The notes: a model not told the origin generated them from the letters alone. Shown: positions 1 to 9,867, counted from the first letter of the stretch. The stretch: DNA of 64,000 bases from an uncultured virus (IMG/VR IMGVR_UViG_2061766007_000727) (IMGVR_UViG_2061766007_000727); one strand, 5' to 3'. Numbers and translations are program-made.

Positions 1-2
1 CA

Positions 3-1727
3 GAGAAGTACAAGTACACTTTTGATTATATCAAAGATTTGTATGGATACAATCAGAAGAAACCTGTCATCAAGGTTTCAAATATGAGAGAGGTTACAAA
101 ACATTTATATTATCGTAGAAAAACAGTGTCGGAATATGGTGAGGACAAGGGTATTGAATTGTTGCCAAAGTATGTCTTTATAGAATCGAAGAATGTTTTT
201 TATGATGGTGGTAATTTTGCTATAGATACAGAATTAATCTATTATGCTGAAAGTTATGACTATGCTCATACAGGACATAATGATTCTGCGGTTATATTAG
301 TAGGTAATTTTTTCAACGTGTCTATTGATGAGAATGGTGTAATAACGAGAGTACCTGCAAGTCAAAAGATAGATGCCAATACTGTTATCAAAGAATGTTA
401 TATTAGTATTTCTAACGAAACATGGTTTTGGCATAAAAATGAATCATCAAACGCAAAGATATATACCGATTTAGAGAAAGATGATTTGATAAACGATAAT
501 GGGCGTATCATTTACAATGATAGTGAAAGGCATTTGGACACATACGAGAATATGAGTTTTGATTACAACAATGATGTAATCAAAGTGACATTAGAGAATG
601 TGGATGTGATTGGAAACAGACCAGAGATTGAGCAAACAACTTTGGAATCAAGACAATATCAAGTTTACGAGGATTCTTTTTATAACAAAAGATGGATTGT
701 GTTGGATTCCGTATCCGACTATTTTAATTTTTCTCTGCCGTATAAGAAAAACCAATTATACACGGAAGAATGCGCATTGAAGGCGCAGCCGTTGTTTTTG
801 TATGAGAATAACGAGAAGGTCTCTATGTGTGCCAATTTGATAAAAACAACAGGTGGTGAGGAAAAAATAACCTATGAATTGGAAAAACATATCGTAAACA
901 AGATTCAAAACTCGGAAACAGATTTAGTGAACAACACGACTTTGAACACAACACCAGCATTGGCGCAGAAGAACCAAATAAGTGATGTTTCCTATGGTAG
1001 TTATTTCTACAAATGGGAATTATATAATAAAGACAATTTGACGTATGTTCAAGATGTATATACACCCATTTTCTTTAGTAATGAAACAAAGAGTGATACA
1101 TCGTTAGAGAATATGTGCTATTTCTTTAATGAGAACAACCAATTGAGTGAAAGAATAAGGCAGGATTTAGATACGTTCACAAATAATGAAACCAAAGAAA
1201 TACGATTCGGTTCAAATACTTATATAGCCATTAATACGCATCGTAAGGAGTTTTTTGAAACAATGTACTTCAATCACTTCGTGAATGTGTATCCTATAAC
1301 TGATGATTCAACAGACAATCTCGTGGAAACAACAAAACTATATTGTGATAACCTTGAGTTGGTGTCATTTGGTAATGTGATACCTTATGTTGTATCATAC
1401 GATAGAAAAGGTGAATACGAGGAAAACACCGAAACAGGCGAGTTTTACTATAACGATATAGATTGTTCTGTTTTTTCAAAGATATTGTCCTATAACAACA
1501 AGACACATTTGCTCACGGTGGAGAAACCCATTGCGTTTGAGAATCCGTCTGCGAACAAGCGAGTGGTCATAGCATATCAGAACGCCTCACCATTCAATAA
1601 GATAAAATCTTTGACAATAGTTGCACCCAATTCAGTTAAGGATGTTGTTGGGGAATTATTAGAGGATTACAAGAATAATAACTACGAGTTAAAACTTTAT
1701 TCGGAAAGTGAATACAATAAATTGTAA
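3..1727 (+). CDS. Hypothetical (probably virion) protein, 5' truncated by the window edge
   Basis: Frame is open from position 3 to TAA at 1727; Asn/Tyr-rich; no motif recognised. Confidence 0.7.
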   Translation, partial: EKYKYTFDYIKDLYGYNQKKPVIKVSNMREVTKHLYYRRKTVSEYGEDKGIELLPKYVFIESKNVFYDGGNFAIDTELIYYAESYDYAHTGHNDSAVILVGNFFNVSIDENGVITRVPASQKIDANTVIKECYISISNETWFWHKNESSNAKIYTDLEKDDLINDNGRIIYNDSERHLDTYENMSFDYNNDVIKVTLENVDVIGNRPEIEQTTLESRQYQVYEDSFYNKRWIVLDSVSDYFNFSLPYKKNQLYTEECALKAQPLFLYENNEKVSMCANLIKTTGGEEKITYELEKHIVNKIQNSETDLVNNTTLNTTPALAQKNQISDVSYGSYFYKWELYNKDNLTYVQDVYTPIFFSNETKSDTSLENMCYFFNENNQLSERIRQDLDTFTNNETKEIRFGSNTYIAINTHRKEFFETMYFNHFVNVYPITDDSTDNLVETTKLYCDNLELVSFGNVIPYVVSYDRKGEYEENTETGEFYYNDIDCSVFSKILSYNNKTHLLTVEKPIAFENPSANKRVVIAYQNASPFNKIKSLTIVAPNSVKDVVGELLEDYKNNNYELKLYSESEYNKL

Positions 1728-1772
1728 AATAACTTATATTTGCATTTGCTGATAATCAATTGAATAATGCTT

Positions 1773-1820
1773 GAATGGCGGTGGATTTTTGGAAGTTTTC
1801 TCACCGCCATTCTTGTTTTT
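1773..1820 (+). terminator. Intrinsic terminator
   Basis: GAATGGCGGTG...CACCGCCATTC inverted repeat followed by TTGTTTTT. Confidence 0.75.
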
Positions 1821-1829
1821 GTTTGTAAG

Positions 1830-1852
1830 TAACAAAATAAGTATTACATTTG
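1830..1852 (+). promoter_or_regulatory. Early/host-sigma promoter (representative copy of TAACAAAA-N4-TATTA-NN-TTTG)
   Basis: Contains the Bacteroidota -7 element TAnnTTTG; 23-nt copies also start at 2127, 8231, 17474, 17926, 26018, 31244, 33089, 34688, 40417, 49162 (22-nt variant at 13419). Confidence 0.8.
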
Positions 1853-1875
1853 CCGTAATTTTAATTCATAAGGAT

Positions 1876-2097
1876 ATGACATTTGCGATAGTATTTTTGA
1901 TTTTATACGGATTTGGATATGGTGTCTGCCGACTGACTGCTATGTTATTTAGCGGTACGGATGCCACCATAGTCAAGAATGTGGCTTTAGTTCCGATACT
2001 GAATGTTATTGCGGTGATACTCATCGTTTTCTTCTTGTTTTACATAGTGAAGGACTACCGCAGAACAAAGAATAAACTTGAGGAAAATAAAAAATAA
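1876..2097 (+). CDS. Small membrane protein (2 TM helices)
   Basis: ATG at 1876 downstream of the promoter; two hydrophobic stretches and a basic tail. Confidence 0.7.
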   Translation: MTFAIVFLILYGFGYGVCRLTAMLFSGTDATIVKNVALVPILNVIAVILIVFFLFYIVKDYRRTKNKLEENKK

Positions 2098-2206
2098 TTA
2101 AAAAAATATTATTTTTCTCTTGCAGATAACAAAAAATGTATTACTTTTGTTGCCATAAAGTTTAACAATTAAAGGTTGCGCTCGACACGGATAAGGGCAT
2201 AAGATT

Positions 2207-3211
2207 ATGAAAAAGAGTATTTTGATAGCATCAGTAGTTGCGTTGGCAATGGGTGCGCAGGCGCAAGTAGATGAGTGGGTTAATCCATTGAAAGACCTTT
2301 GTGAGAATCATCAAGGTAAAATTAAGGATTACGGTGTCTTTGATTACGTGCAGAAAGAATCCGATATGGAGTTGGGTAAATGGTATTTACAAAATTTAAA
2401 TATTAAAGACAAATATCCAACTGTTGTGAATTACAATGATGAAATGTTTGTAAGAATAAACGGTGATGATTATTATCACTTTGTTATAATTCTGAAAAAA
2501 GAAAATTTGAATAATGTATCTATTAAATACAATGCGATTCATTTTAATGACAATGGTGAAGAAACATTAAATCCTTGTGTACGTGCAAATATGACATTTT
2601 TTAACATAGAAGATTTCGGTCTTTTAGATTCAAGTGAAGTTTTTAATGAAGCATTTACTATTTACGGATTAGAACGTGCTGATAACTCCATTTATTTTAG
2701 TGCAAATGACGAGTTAAAAACTTTTTCATCTTTTAAAGATTATGTAAGGATTCGATTATCAGTTGTAAAAGGTGAGAAAGAGATAGCAGGTGGTTATTGT
2801 TTGATTAATAATATTGAGATTAAATTTGAAGGTTATAATTCAACAGTTTCTAAAAAATATTTCTATGAGCCTTATTATATTAATGAATCAAATCAACTTG
2901 ATTACAATTGTTCACCGGAAGACCATACTAAATATATGTATGAAAAATATCCGAACTTACCAGAGTTGTATCCAGACATATATGGATATTTAGCAACCAT
3001 AACCTCAATAAACGATAACGATATGGAATCAAACATTTATGTATCAAACAACGTTCTCTACACTGATGAGCCATCAAGCGTGTATATCTTCAACGCAAGC
3101 GGTATCTTGGTTAAGACGGAGAACAACACCACATCGGTTGACTTGTCAGACCTTAAAAAAGGTGTTTACATTGCGAAAGTGAACGAGAAAACAATTAAGT
3201 TTGTAAGATAA
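2207..3211 (+). CDS. Secreted protein with Sec signal peptide and T9SS type-A C-terminal sorting domain
   Basis: MKKSILIASVVALAMGAQA signal; C-terminus VYIFNASGILVK...LSDLKKGVYIAKV...KFVR matches the T9SS CTD pattern. Confidence 0.8.
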   Translation: MKKSILIASVVALAMGAQAQVDEWVNPLKDLCENHQGKIKDYGVFDYVQKESDMELGKWYLQNLNIKDKYPTVVNYNDEMFVRINGDDYYHFVIILKKENLNNVSIKYNAIHFNDNGEETLNPCVRANMTFFNIEDFGLLDSSEVFNEAFTIYGLERADNSIYFSANDELKTFSSFKDYVRIRLSVVKGEKEIAGGYCLINNIEIKFEGYNSTVSKKYFYEPYYINESNQLDYNCSPEDHTKYMYEKYPNLPELYPDIYGYLATITSINDNDMESNIYVSNNVLYTDEPSSVYIFNASGILVKTENNTTSVDLSDLKKGVYIAKVNEKTIKFVR

Positions 3212-3221
3212 TAAAAAGGAT

Positions 3222-3293
3222 AGTCAATTCGTTCAATGGTTAGGACGCTTGTCTTATACACAAGTAATCGTGGTTCAAGTCCACGATTGACTA
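3222..3293 (+). tRNA. tRNA-Ile (anticodon UAU)
   Basis: Acceptor AGTCAAT/ATTGACT, D stem GTTC/GGAC, anticodon stem CTTGT/ACAAG with loop CT-TAT-AC, T arm CGTGG-TTCAAGT-CCACG, discriminator A; CCA not encoded. Confidence 0.9.
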
Positions 3294-3397
3294 CAAAGTG
3301 CGAAGCCACTCTAAAACAAGGTTCTTTTAATGTGGGATTTGCCGCAATCTCACAGATTGACGGTTGCGGTTGAGAATCTTAAAATTAGGTAAAAAGC

Positions 3398-3461
3398 GAA
3401 GTGAGTGATGCAGTGGTTGTCTATTCAATAGGTGTAGGGTTCGATTCCCACCATCACTTCA
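3398..3461 (+). ncRNA. Degenerate tRNA or tRNA-like RNA
   Basis: GAAGTGA/TCACTTC acceptor-like stem and GGG-TTCGATT-CCC T loop; D and anticodon arms are shortened and weak. Confidence 0.45.
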
Positions 3462-3482
3462 ATTTTAAAACAACAACGAGTT

Positions 3483-3962
3483 ATGCAGGTATGTGAATAC
3501 GCAAAGTACACCAAATGCACCGACTGTGAGCATCCGTTCCACAATCAGTGCAAGAAGTTCCTACAGATACACGCAAAGTATCTTATGAGGAACGTTTTAA
3601 AGAACAAGGATGAGGCTTTCACCTTCACCCCAATCAAGGATACTGACAAGAATGATGTCCTTTACTCAAAGAACCCAGACATCGCTAAATCAGCGTTGTT
3701 GCAGTTCGCACTTGAGAAGAACAAGGACGCAGTGCCAATGACCACAAGCGTGGCTATGGATATGTCTGTTAACAAGACTGACGAGATAGAAGGTGATGTG
3801 GTCTATCTGCATGTCACCAATCGTGTGGGGGATAAAGATGCCATCAAGCAGATGATTGAATCGTTTGTTGACATCACCGTAAAGAATGGCGGAAAGGTGG
3901 CTATGTATATAGACAAACTCTGTCTTTACAAGTTCAAATACAATGAAGCAAAACAGAAATGA
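3483..3962 (+). CDS. Cys-rich protein translationally coupled to the helicase (possible loader)
   Basis: N-terminal Cys/His cluster; ATGA overlap with the helicase start. Confidence 0.6.
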   Translation: MQVCEYAKYTKCTDCEHPFHNQCKKFLQIHAKYLMRNVLKNKDEAFTFTPIKDTDKNDVLYSKNPDIAKSALLQFALEKNKDAVPMTTSVAMDMSVNKTDEIEGDVVYLHVTNRVGDKDAIKQMIESFVDITVKNGGKVAMYIDKLCLYKFKYNEAKQK

Positions 3963-5320
3963 TTACGATATATTTCTACTCAATAGCAGGTTTGGAATCC
4001 AACGAGAACATAAACGAATCGTTGGAGAACCTTATAAGCCTTGATTGTTTCAGTGAATCGGACAAGAATATTGCGAAACACTGCCTTGCTTGTGCGGAGA
4101 ACGGAAACTACCCTTCTAAAGAGTATTTCAACAATATCTATAAGAACGAGCCTGTAACAACCTACAATTCCGTTGCGGAGATACTGACGCACTACAAGGC
4201 TATGGTGGACTTCTACCAACGTCAGTTCCTTCAACGAGAGATAACGAGAAAGATAAACGAGACATCGAACACATCCGACTTACTGAACGGATTGTCGAAG
4301 ATACTTGTTGATGCGGAGAACTCAAACACAGACGAGTTCGACTTTGACAACGAGATGTACGAGCCGAAGTTCTATGGTGACAGACCAGACAAGCCTTTGG
4401 AGAACGGAATGCTGCTTGGTGTCAAGGGAATTGACGATGCAACCTACGGCTTTGAGCGTGGGCAGGTGGCATCCATCTGCGGATTCACCGCACACGGAAA
4501 GTCAACGCTCATAAACTCTGCCGTATATCTCAACGTGATGAACGGAAAGAAGGTGCTTATACTATCGCTTGAGTTGCCTATTGATGTGTATTGGGAGTAT
4601 TTTGAAACTCGCTATATGTTTGATGAGAAACAACTGAACGTCAGTCTGGGTGACATAAAGCACCACACGCTCAACCCCAATCTTGCGGAGAGTGTGAAAT
4701 CGTTTGAAGGGGAGTTGAGAGACGATGTGGTATCCAATCTGCTTATAATAGACGAGATAACGCTTACGAAGAAAATGTTACTTGATTACCGCAAGTTCAA
4801 TAAATTGTTGAAGGCTGCGGAGAAGAAGTTGGGTGGATTGGATATGGTGGTGTTAGACCACGTTGGTCAGTTGGAGAGATTGTGGCCCGACTGCGGTAAC
4901 TCTATGCTGAAACACTTGACCACATCAGCGAAAACATTCTTGAACGAGAAGGGTGAGCATATATCTATGATTTGGGCGGTGCAGACGAACCGAGAGGGAG
5001 TTAGGAGAGCCGACAGAAAGGATGGTCAGTATGACTTGCAGGCTATCGGTGACTTGAACGAGGTGGAACGTTCAAGCGCATACTGCGTGTTCATATACAC
5101 ACCAGACGGAATGAAGATAACGCAACGGACAAAGATTTCGTTGTTGAAGAACAGATTCGGCTCACCGATACCTGTGCCTATTGTCACATCGTTCACACCT
5201 GCGGTTGTTGCGGTGGGCAAGGAGTTTGAAGGGGTGCAACTTGAAACGAGTGATTTCAACTTCACACAAGGGAACGATGATTTTGATGACTTGCCAGAGG
5301 AGGATATTGTGCCGTTCTAA
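3959..5320 (+). CDS. dnaB: DnaB-like (SF4) replicative helicase
   Basis: Walker A GFTAHGKST, LSLE, VVLDH, AVQTNR, KNRFG motifs. Confidence 0.9.
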   Translation: MITIYFYSIAGLESNENINESLENLISLDCFSESDKNIAKHCLACAENGNYPSKEYFNNIYKNEPVTTYNSVAEILTHYKAMVDFYQRQFLQREITRKINETSNTSDLLNGLSKILVDAENSNTDEFDFDNEMYEPKFYGDRPDKPLENGMLLGVKGIDDATYGFERGQVASICGFTAHGKSTLINSAVYLNVMNGKKVLILSLELPIDVYWEYFETRYMFDEKQLNVSLGDIKHHTLNPNLAESVKSFEGELRDDVVSNLLIIDEITLTKKMLLDYRKFNKLLKAAEKKLGGLDMVVLDHVGQLERLWPDCGNSMLKHLTTSAKTFLNEKGEHISMIWAVQTNREGVRRADRKDGQYDLQAIGDLNEVERSSAYCVFIYTPDGMKITQRTKISLLKNRFGSPIPVPIVTSFTPAVVAVGKEFEGVQLETSDFNFTQGNDDFDDLPEEDIVPF

Positions 5321-5342
5321 TGATTTGGATTTGGAATATTAG

Positions 5343-5354
5343 TTATATATTATA
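5343..5354 (+). promoter_or_regulatory. Putative phage late promoter TTATATATTATA (representative copy)
   Basis: Same motif about 25-60 nt upstream of ATGs at 5895, 15324, 19593, 22175, 27972, 32690, 38418, 39741, 40457, 43617, 45402, 48274, 50398, 50901. Confidence 0.8.
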
Positions 5355-5386
5355 GTATATTTGTTAACAATTAAAATTTTGAAATT

Positions 5387-5788
5387 ATGAACATTAAGAA
5401 TTTAAGTGCTTGTAAATCAAGTAAATGGGGGGGTAAACTCTCATNNNNNNNNNNNNNNNNNNNNNNNGATTTTGAGTTTCAAGTTTCCGATATTTATATT
5501 GAAGATGAAAGATTCGGTAAGGTTATTGAAGATGCTTTTTATAGAGGAAATCTTTATTATCGAATAAGTATTGACGAATTTAGTCAATTATGCAAAAGCG
5601 TTGCTGATAAAATAAATGGTTTTTGGTTTGTAGAGTATGACAAACCAAAAAGAGATAGTTTTCCAGAAGGATATGTTGTTCATTTTCTAACAGAGCAAAA
5701 CAGAGATTATATAGGTGGTGTTTATTTTGACCTTATTACAGGCAATGAAAAATATGTAAGTTTGATTGAACAAGAAATGACAAAATAA
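5387..5788 (+). CDS. Hypothetical protein spanning an N gap
   Basis: ORF after a late promoter; continuity across the N-run (about 5445-5467) is unverified. Confidence 0.5.
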   Translation: MNIKNLSACKSSKWGGKLSXXXXXXXXDFEFQVSDIYIEDERFGKVIEDAFYRGNLYYRISIDEFSQLCKSVADKINGFWFVEYDKPKRDSFPEGYVVHFLTEQNRDYIGGVYFDLITGNEKYVSLIEQEMTK

Positions 5789-5812
5789 AATTTCTCATAC
5801 ACAAATACAACC

Positions 5813-5850
5813 AAGCGCACTCACTTGTAAGAAGGTGGGTGCGTTTTTTT
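5813..5850 (+). terminator. Intrinsic terminator
   Basis: AAGCGCACTCAC...GTGGGTGCGTT hairpin plus T-run. Confidence 0.75.
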
Positions 5851-5934
5851 GTTTACACCTTTTCGATACACTTTCACACCATTCTCAACCTAAATTATAT
5901 ATTATAGTAGTTTTGTTTTAAAAATTTAATACAA

Positions 5935-8118
5935 ATGAGTAAAGGTGATTTTTTAGCAGGATTGGTAAAAATCCGTGATGGTGTTTACAACGAGCGTAAC
6001 ACTAACGTAAGCGGTTATCAAGTAACCAAACGCACAGGTACAATCCTTGATGATGCGATAACAGACAAGGACAAGATTGGTGAGAGAATGAAAATCCGAG
6101 ACCGCAACCTACAGACACGCAAGGTGTCAAGGATTCAGTCGATAAGCAGACAACAACCCACTTCAAAGACGAAGTACGTGGTACTTGACAGTAGGGCGAT
6201 AGATGAGATTTCGGAGATGAGCAACTCGCAGCGTAGGAACTTTCTCTCGCATTTGAGCGATAGTGACAGACGGAGAGTGCTACGAGCCATTCGTGTCAAA
6301 GACGATTTGGATGATGGTGAGGTTAAACGTAGGGACATCAACCGAGAACTTGAGCCGCAGGACTTGTATGTTATAAACGACCTGCTTACAAAATTCGCTT
6401 ACTCACGCAAGGATGATGAGTTGAAGATGTTGGAATCGTACAAGGACTTGTTAGACGAGACAGACGGACAGGAGATGGCGGTTCTCACGCTAATCAACAA
6501 GGTTATAGATGGTGATTTGGATATGGAAGCCGATGCTGATGTAATCAACGATGTATGCACGTTCTTTGAGGACAACGGCTTTGAAACAGAATCGCTTGAG
6601 GCATCGCTTACCGCAGGTTTCGGTGATACGATGGGTGACGCTGACATTGAGGGTGAGGATACTAATGGTGATTTGGATTTGGGTGATGACGAAGGACTTG
6701 AAGAGGAAGGTGATGATTTAGGCGGTGAGGAAGATAATCTTGACTTGGATTTAGAGGATGGTGAAGAAGAAGGTGGAGAAGGTGAAGAAGGTGATAACAA
6801 GTTAAGTCTTGGTGATAGTGCGAAACCGAAACAGACCTTGAGAGAGCGTGTGGCTGATTCAAGGAAACGTGTGGCTGACACCGATAAGAAGGCACTCAAG
6901 TCCTTTGCGTCTGTTGAATCGGACATTATAGATGATTCGTACAACCTTGCTATGGATGTTCTGAACAACAAGGTTACAAACATAATGGATTCCTCAAACG
7001 AGATTATCAACAAGTATGTTGAGATGACAGGTGAGGAGGTGCGAGTTAAGGATTGTTTCAACAAATCGTTCACCTATTCGTTGAGTAAGATTTCGGACAA
7101 TATGCACGATGATATGCAACAGAAGGTGATGGATGATATTATCAATGATATAGACGAGAGTTTGGGTGAGGAGAGTGCGGAATCGGAAGGCAAGACACTG
7201 CTTGAATCATTAGGTTCTGCTCTTGAGGCATTCGCAAACGGAGACAATAGTGAACTTGAAGCGTTGTCGGAACTGACGATTGACGATGTGCAAGCAGAAG
7301 AAGACTTCGACATTACCAACGAGAACAACGATGAGGAGGAAGAAGACGAGGTAGGCTTGGAAGATGAAGAAGATGAAGAAGGTGAGAAAAAACCACATAA
7401 GTTGGATTTGAATGTCAAACTTGGTGATTCGGTGAAGAACCTTGCCACCGCACTTTTGAACAAGGATAAGAAGGCTAACGAGTATATAGACCAACTGAAA
7501 GACAGTGTTGATATTCTGCGTAAGTACAACTTCAAGATTTCCGATGATGAGATGATGGAGGAGGAAGAAGAATATGTTCAGCCAGAGTTTGATGTGGTAG
7601 AGCCTATACTGACAAGAGAGGAGTTCCAATCGACATACGATTACCCTGTGTATGTGGGTGAGATGGCGAAAGAGACTAACCCTTGCGCTTGTATCAATCC
7701 AACTGCGGTGAACTACGGAGAGACGAACCCAATCATACAGGTTGAGTGCAACGGAGTGGTGCAGAATTGGATGCCGATTACAGGTAGTAACGAGAAGGTA
7801 GTAGAGGAATTGGAAAAAGAAGGTGTCGATGTGGCGAAGACCATAACGGATAACTGCGTACCTATTGAGGACTACTACACTGCGGCAGCGAAAACTAACA
7901 ACTTGGGTTTGATTGATGACCGATTCTACAAACGCAAGATGTCGGATAACGCTTGGGTATGTGACGGAATAGCGGACTGCGTTGCAGGTTGCGAGGGAGT
8001 TGGCGAAGGTGCTACCTTCGTACAGAGTGGTATGACCGTTATGCCGAAGGTTGTTCCGAGCGGTAGTGTGCTGATATACGGAACGAAGTATGACTATTAT
8101 AATAAGATGAATAAGTAA
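5935..8118 (+). CDS. Large acidic protein, putative internal head/scaffold protein with many [VIL]-x-D sites
   Basis: Late promoter; D/E-rich tracts; RVADSRKRVADT, KIRD, KISD, LGDS motifs. Confidence 0.6.
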   Translation: MSKGDFLAGLVKIRDGVYNERNTNVSGYQVTKRTGTILDDAITDKDKIGERMKIRDRNLQTRKVSRIQSISRQQPTSKTKYVVLDSRAIDEISEMSNSQRRNFLSHLSDSDRRRVLRAIRVKDDLDDGEVKRRDINRELEPQDLYVINDLLTKFAYSRKDDELKMLESYKDLLDETDGQEMAVLTLINKVIDGDLDMEADADVINDVCTFFEDNGFETESLEASLTAGFGDTMGDADIEGEDTNGDLDLGDDEGLEEEGDDLGGEEDNLDLDLEDGEEEGGEGEEGDNKLSLGDSAKPKQTLRERVADSRKRVADTDKKALKSFASVESDIIDDSYNLAMDVLNNKVTNIMDSSNEIINKYVEMTGEEVRVKDCFNKSFTYSLSKISDNMHDDMQQKVMDDIINDIDESLGEESAESEGKTLLESLGSALEAFANGDNSELEALSELTIDDVQAEEDFDITNENNDEEEEDEVGLEDEEDEEGEKKPHKLDLNVKLGDSVKNLATALLNKDKKANEYIDQLKDSVDILRKYNFKISDDEMMEEEEEYVQPEFDVVEPILTREEFQSTYDYPVYVGEMAKETNPCACINPTAVNYGETNPIIQVECNGVVQNWMPITGSNEKVVEELEKEGVDVAKTITDNCVPIEDYYTAAAKTNNLGLIDDRFYKRKMSDNAWVCDGIADCVAGCEGVGEGATFVQSGMTVMPKVVPSGSVLIYGTKYDYYNKMNK

Positions 8119-8153
8119 TTGTAATCATTATTAACTATTAGTTGTTGTTTGGG

Positions 8154-8202
8154 TAAAGGGGGGATGAAACCGAAAGGCAGATTTTCCCCTTTATTTTTTT
8201 TG
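8154..8202 (+). terminator. Intrinsic terminator
   Basis: TAAAGGGG...CCCCTTTA stem plus long T-run. Confidence 0.7.
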
Positions 8203-8296
8203 TAAATATTTTCATATTACCTATTGTACGTAACAAAAAATGTATTACTTTTGCAAGTGTTGAAACAAATGAGAGTTGAACTAAAAAATAACAACA

Positions 8297-9547
8297 ATGG
8301 AACTTATCAATAGCAAGGGTAACAGAACCCTTATATATGCAAAGACAATTGAGGATGCTTGTATAGAGCAGTTAAAGGCTTTGATTGAGAATCCTGCGTA
8401 TGAGGATGAGAAGATACGTATAATGCCAGACACTCACGCAGGAAAGGGAAGTGTCATAGGTTTCACTTCAACTTATTCGGACAAGATTATTCCTAACACT
8501 GTAGGAGTTGACATATCGTGCGGAATGTTATGTGTAAAACTTGGTAATGTTGATATAGACTTACAAGCGTTTGACAATCTCGTTAGGTTGAAGATTCCTT
8601 CTGGAATGTGCATACACGATGGTAAGGTAGTGCCGTTCAAGGAACTTGAGGATTTGAAGTGTTTCCGCAGTTTGAATGATATGAAGCGTATTCACCGCAG
8701 TATAGGTACGCTTGGCGGTGGAAACCATTTTATTGAGTTGGACAAGAATGAGAATGGTGACATTTATCTGGTGATTCACACAGGCTCAAGGAATCTTGGA
8801 AAGCAGGTGTGTGAGTATTATCAGAAGATTGCCGTTGACTTGTGTCACGGAAAGGAGGAGTGGTATAACGAGAAGGAGAGAATCATACGTGAGTACAAGC
8901 GTCAAGGCAGAAAGAACGAGATACAAGACGCTTTAAGAGATTTAAAGTACAAGTATGAGGAGTGTTCCATTTCGGATGAGCAGTGTTATCTGTACGGAAA
9001 GTTTATGGATGACTATTTAAATGATGTGGATATATGTGCAAGATTTGCTCATTTAAACAGACTTACCATTGCTGACATCATCATTTCAAAATATTTCAAG
9101 GGAAAGTCATTGAAGGATTTTGAGTGGTTTGAGACGTTACACAACTACGTTGACACCAAGCACAGACTGATTCGCAAGGGTTCAATATCCGCTATGAACG
9201 GGGAGAAGGTCATTATTCCTATGAATATGCGAGACGGTAGTTTGGTTTGCATAGGAAAGGGTAATGATGATTGGAACAATTCAGCACCGCATGGTGCAGG
9301 AAGGCTTATGTCGAGAGCGAAGGCGTTTGACACATTGTCGCTTGAGGATTTCAAAATGAGTATGAATGGTATTTACACCACATCTGTCAATAATGACACC
9401 ATTGATGAAGCACCTATGGTTTACAAGCCTATGGATGAGATAATGGAACTGATTAAGGATACGGTTGATGTGGTTGAGATTATCAAGCCTATTTATAATT
9501 TCAAGGCGAGCGGTGAACTCCCGTGGAGAAAGAATAAAGATAAATAA
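8297..9547 (+). CDS. rtcB: RtcB RNA ligase
   Basis: MPDTHAG, GVDISCG, GGGNHF, HTGSR, HN, HGAGR and EAP motifs all present. Confidence 0.95.
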   Translation: MELINSKGNRTLIYAKTIEDACIEQLKALIENPAYEDEKIRIMPDTHAGKGSVIGFTSTYSDKIIPNTVGVDISCGMLCVKLGNVDIDLQAFDNLVRLKIPSGMCIHDGKVVPFKELEDLKCFRSLNDMKRIHRSIGTLGGGNHFIELDKNENGDIYLVIHTGSRNLGKQVCEYYQKIAVDLCHGKEEWYNEKERIIREYKRQGRKNEIQDALRDLKYKYEECSISDEQCYLYGKFMDDYLNDVDICARFAHLNRLTIADIIISKYFKGKSLKDFEWFETLHNYVDTKHRLIRKGSISAMNGEKVIIPMNMRDGSLVCIGKGNDDWNNSAPHGAGRLMSRAKAFDTLSLEDFKMSMNGIYTTSVNNDTIDEAPMVYKPMDEIMELIKDTVDVVEIIKPIYNFKASGELPWRKNKDK

Positions 9548-9624
9548 TAACATTATGTGAAATGGAAAACGAATCAAATTCAGTTGGGAAATAACAAAAG
9601 TGTTAAAACATAACAAATAACAGT

Positions 9625-9867
9625 ATGGTAAGAGTGAGATTTCATCGAGGTTCGCTTGAAGATTCTATGAATACGATGTTCACGGCAGAAACGTGGAATG
9701 ACTTTGAAAAAGAATTAGAACATAATGGATATACCAATGGTGAAATAACTTGGCACAAATACACAAATGATGGTGATAGCAGAGTTGGTTGGAAGGAATT
9801 GTGGATTATTCTTTATAATGGTGCTGCAATCGCTTTTGCGGATAATGATTTGAACAAACTAATTTAA
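9625..9867 (+). CDS. Hypothetical protein
   Basis: Clean ORF in operon context. Confidence 0.7.
   Translation: MVRVRFHRGSLEDSMNTMFTAETWNDFEKELEHNGYTNGEITWHKYTNDGDSRVGWKELWIILYNGAAIAFADNDLNKLI

Noticed and set aside
6135..7629. Long minus-strand ORFs (Ser-rich and similar) here and throughout the window
   Set aside because: They are antisense shadows of acidic + strand genes.
8154..8202. c-di-GMP riboswitch suggested by CCGAAAGG
   Set aside because: The second stem and conserved core are missing; it fits a simple terminator after the 5935 gene.
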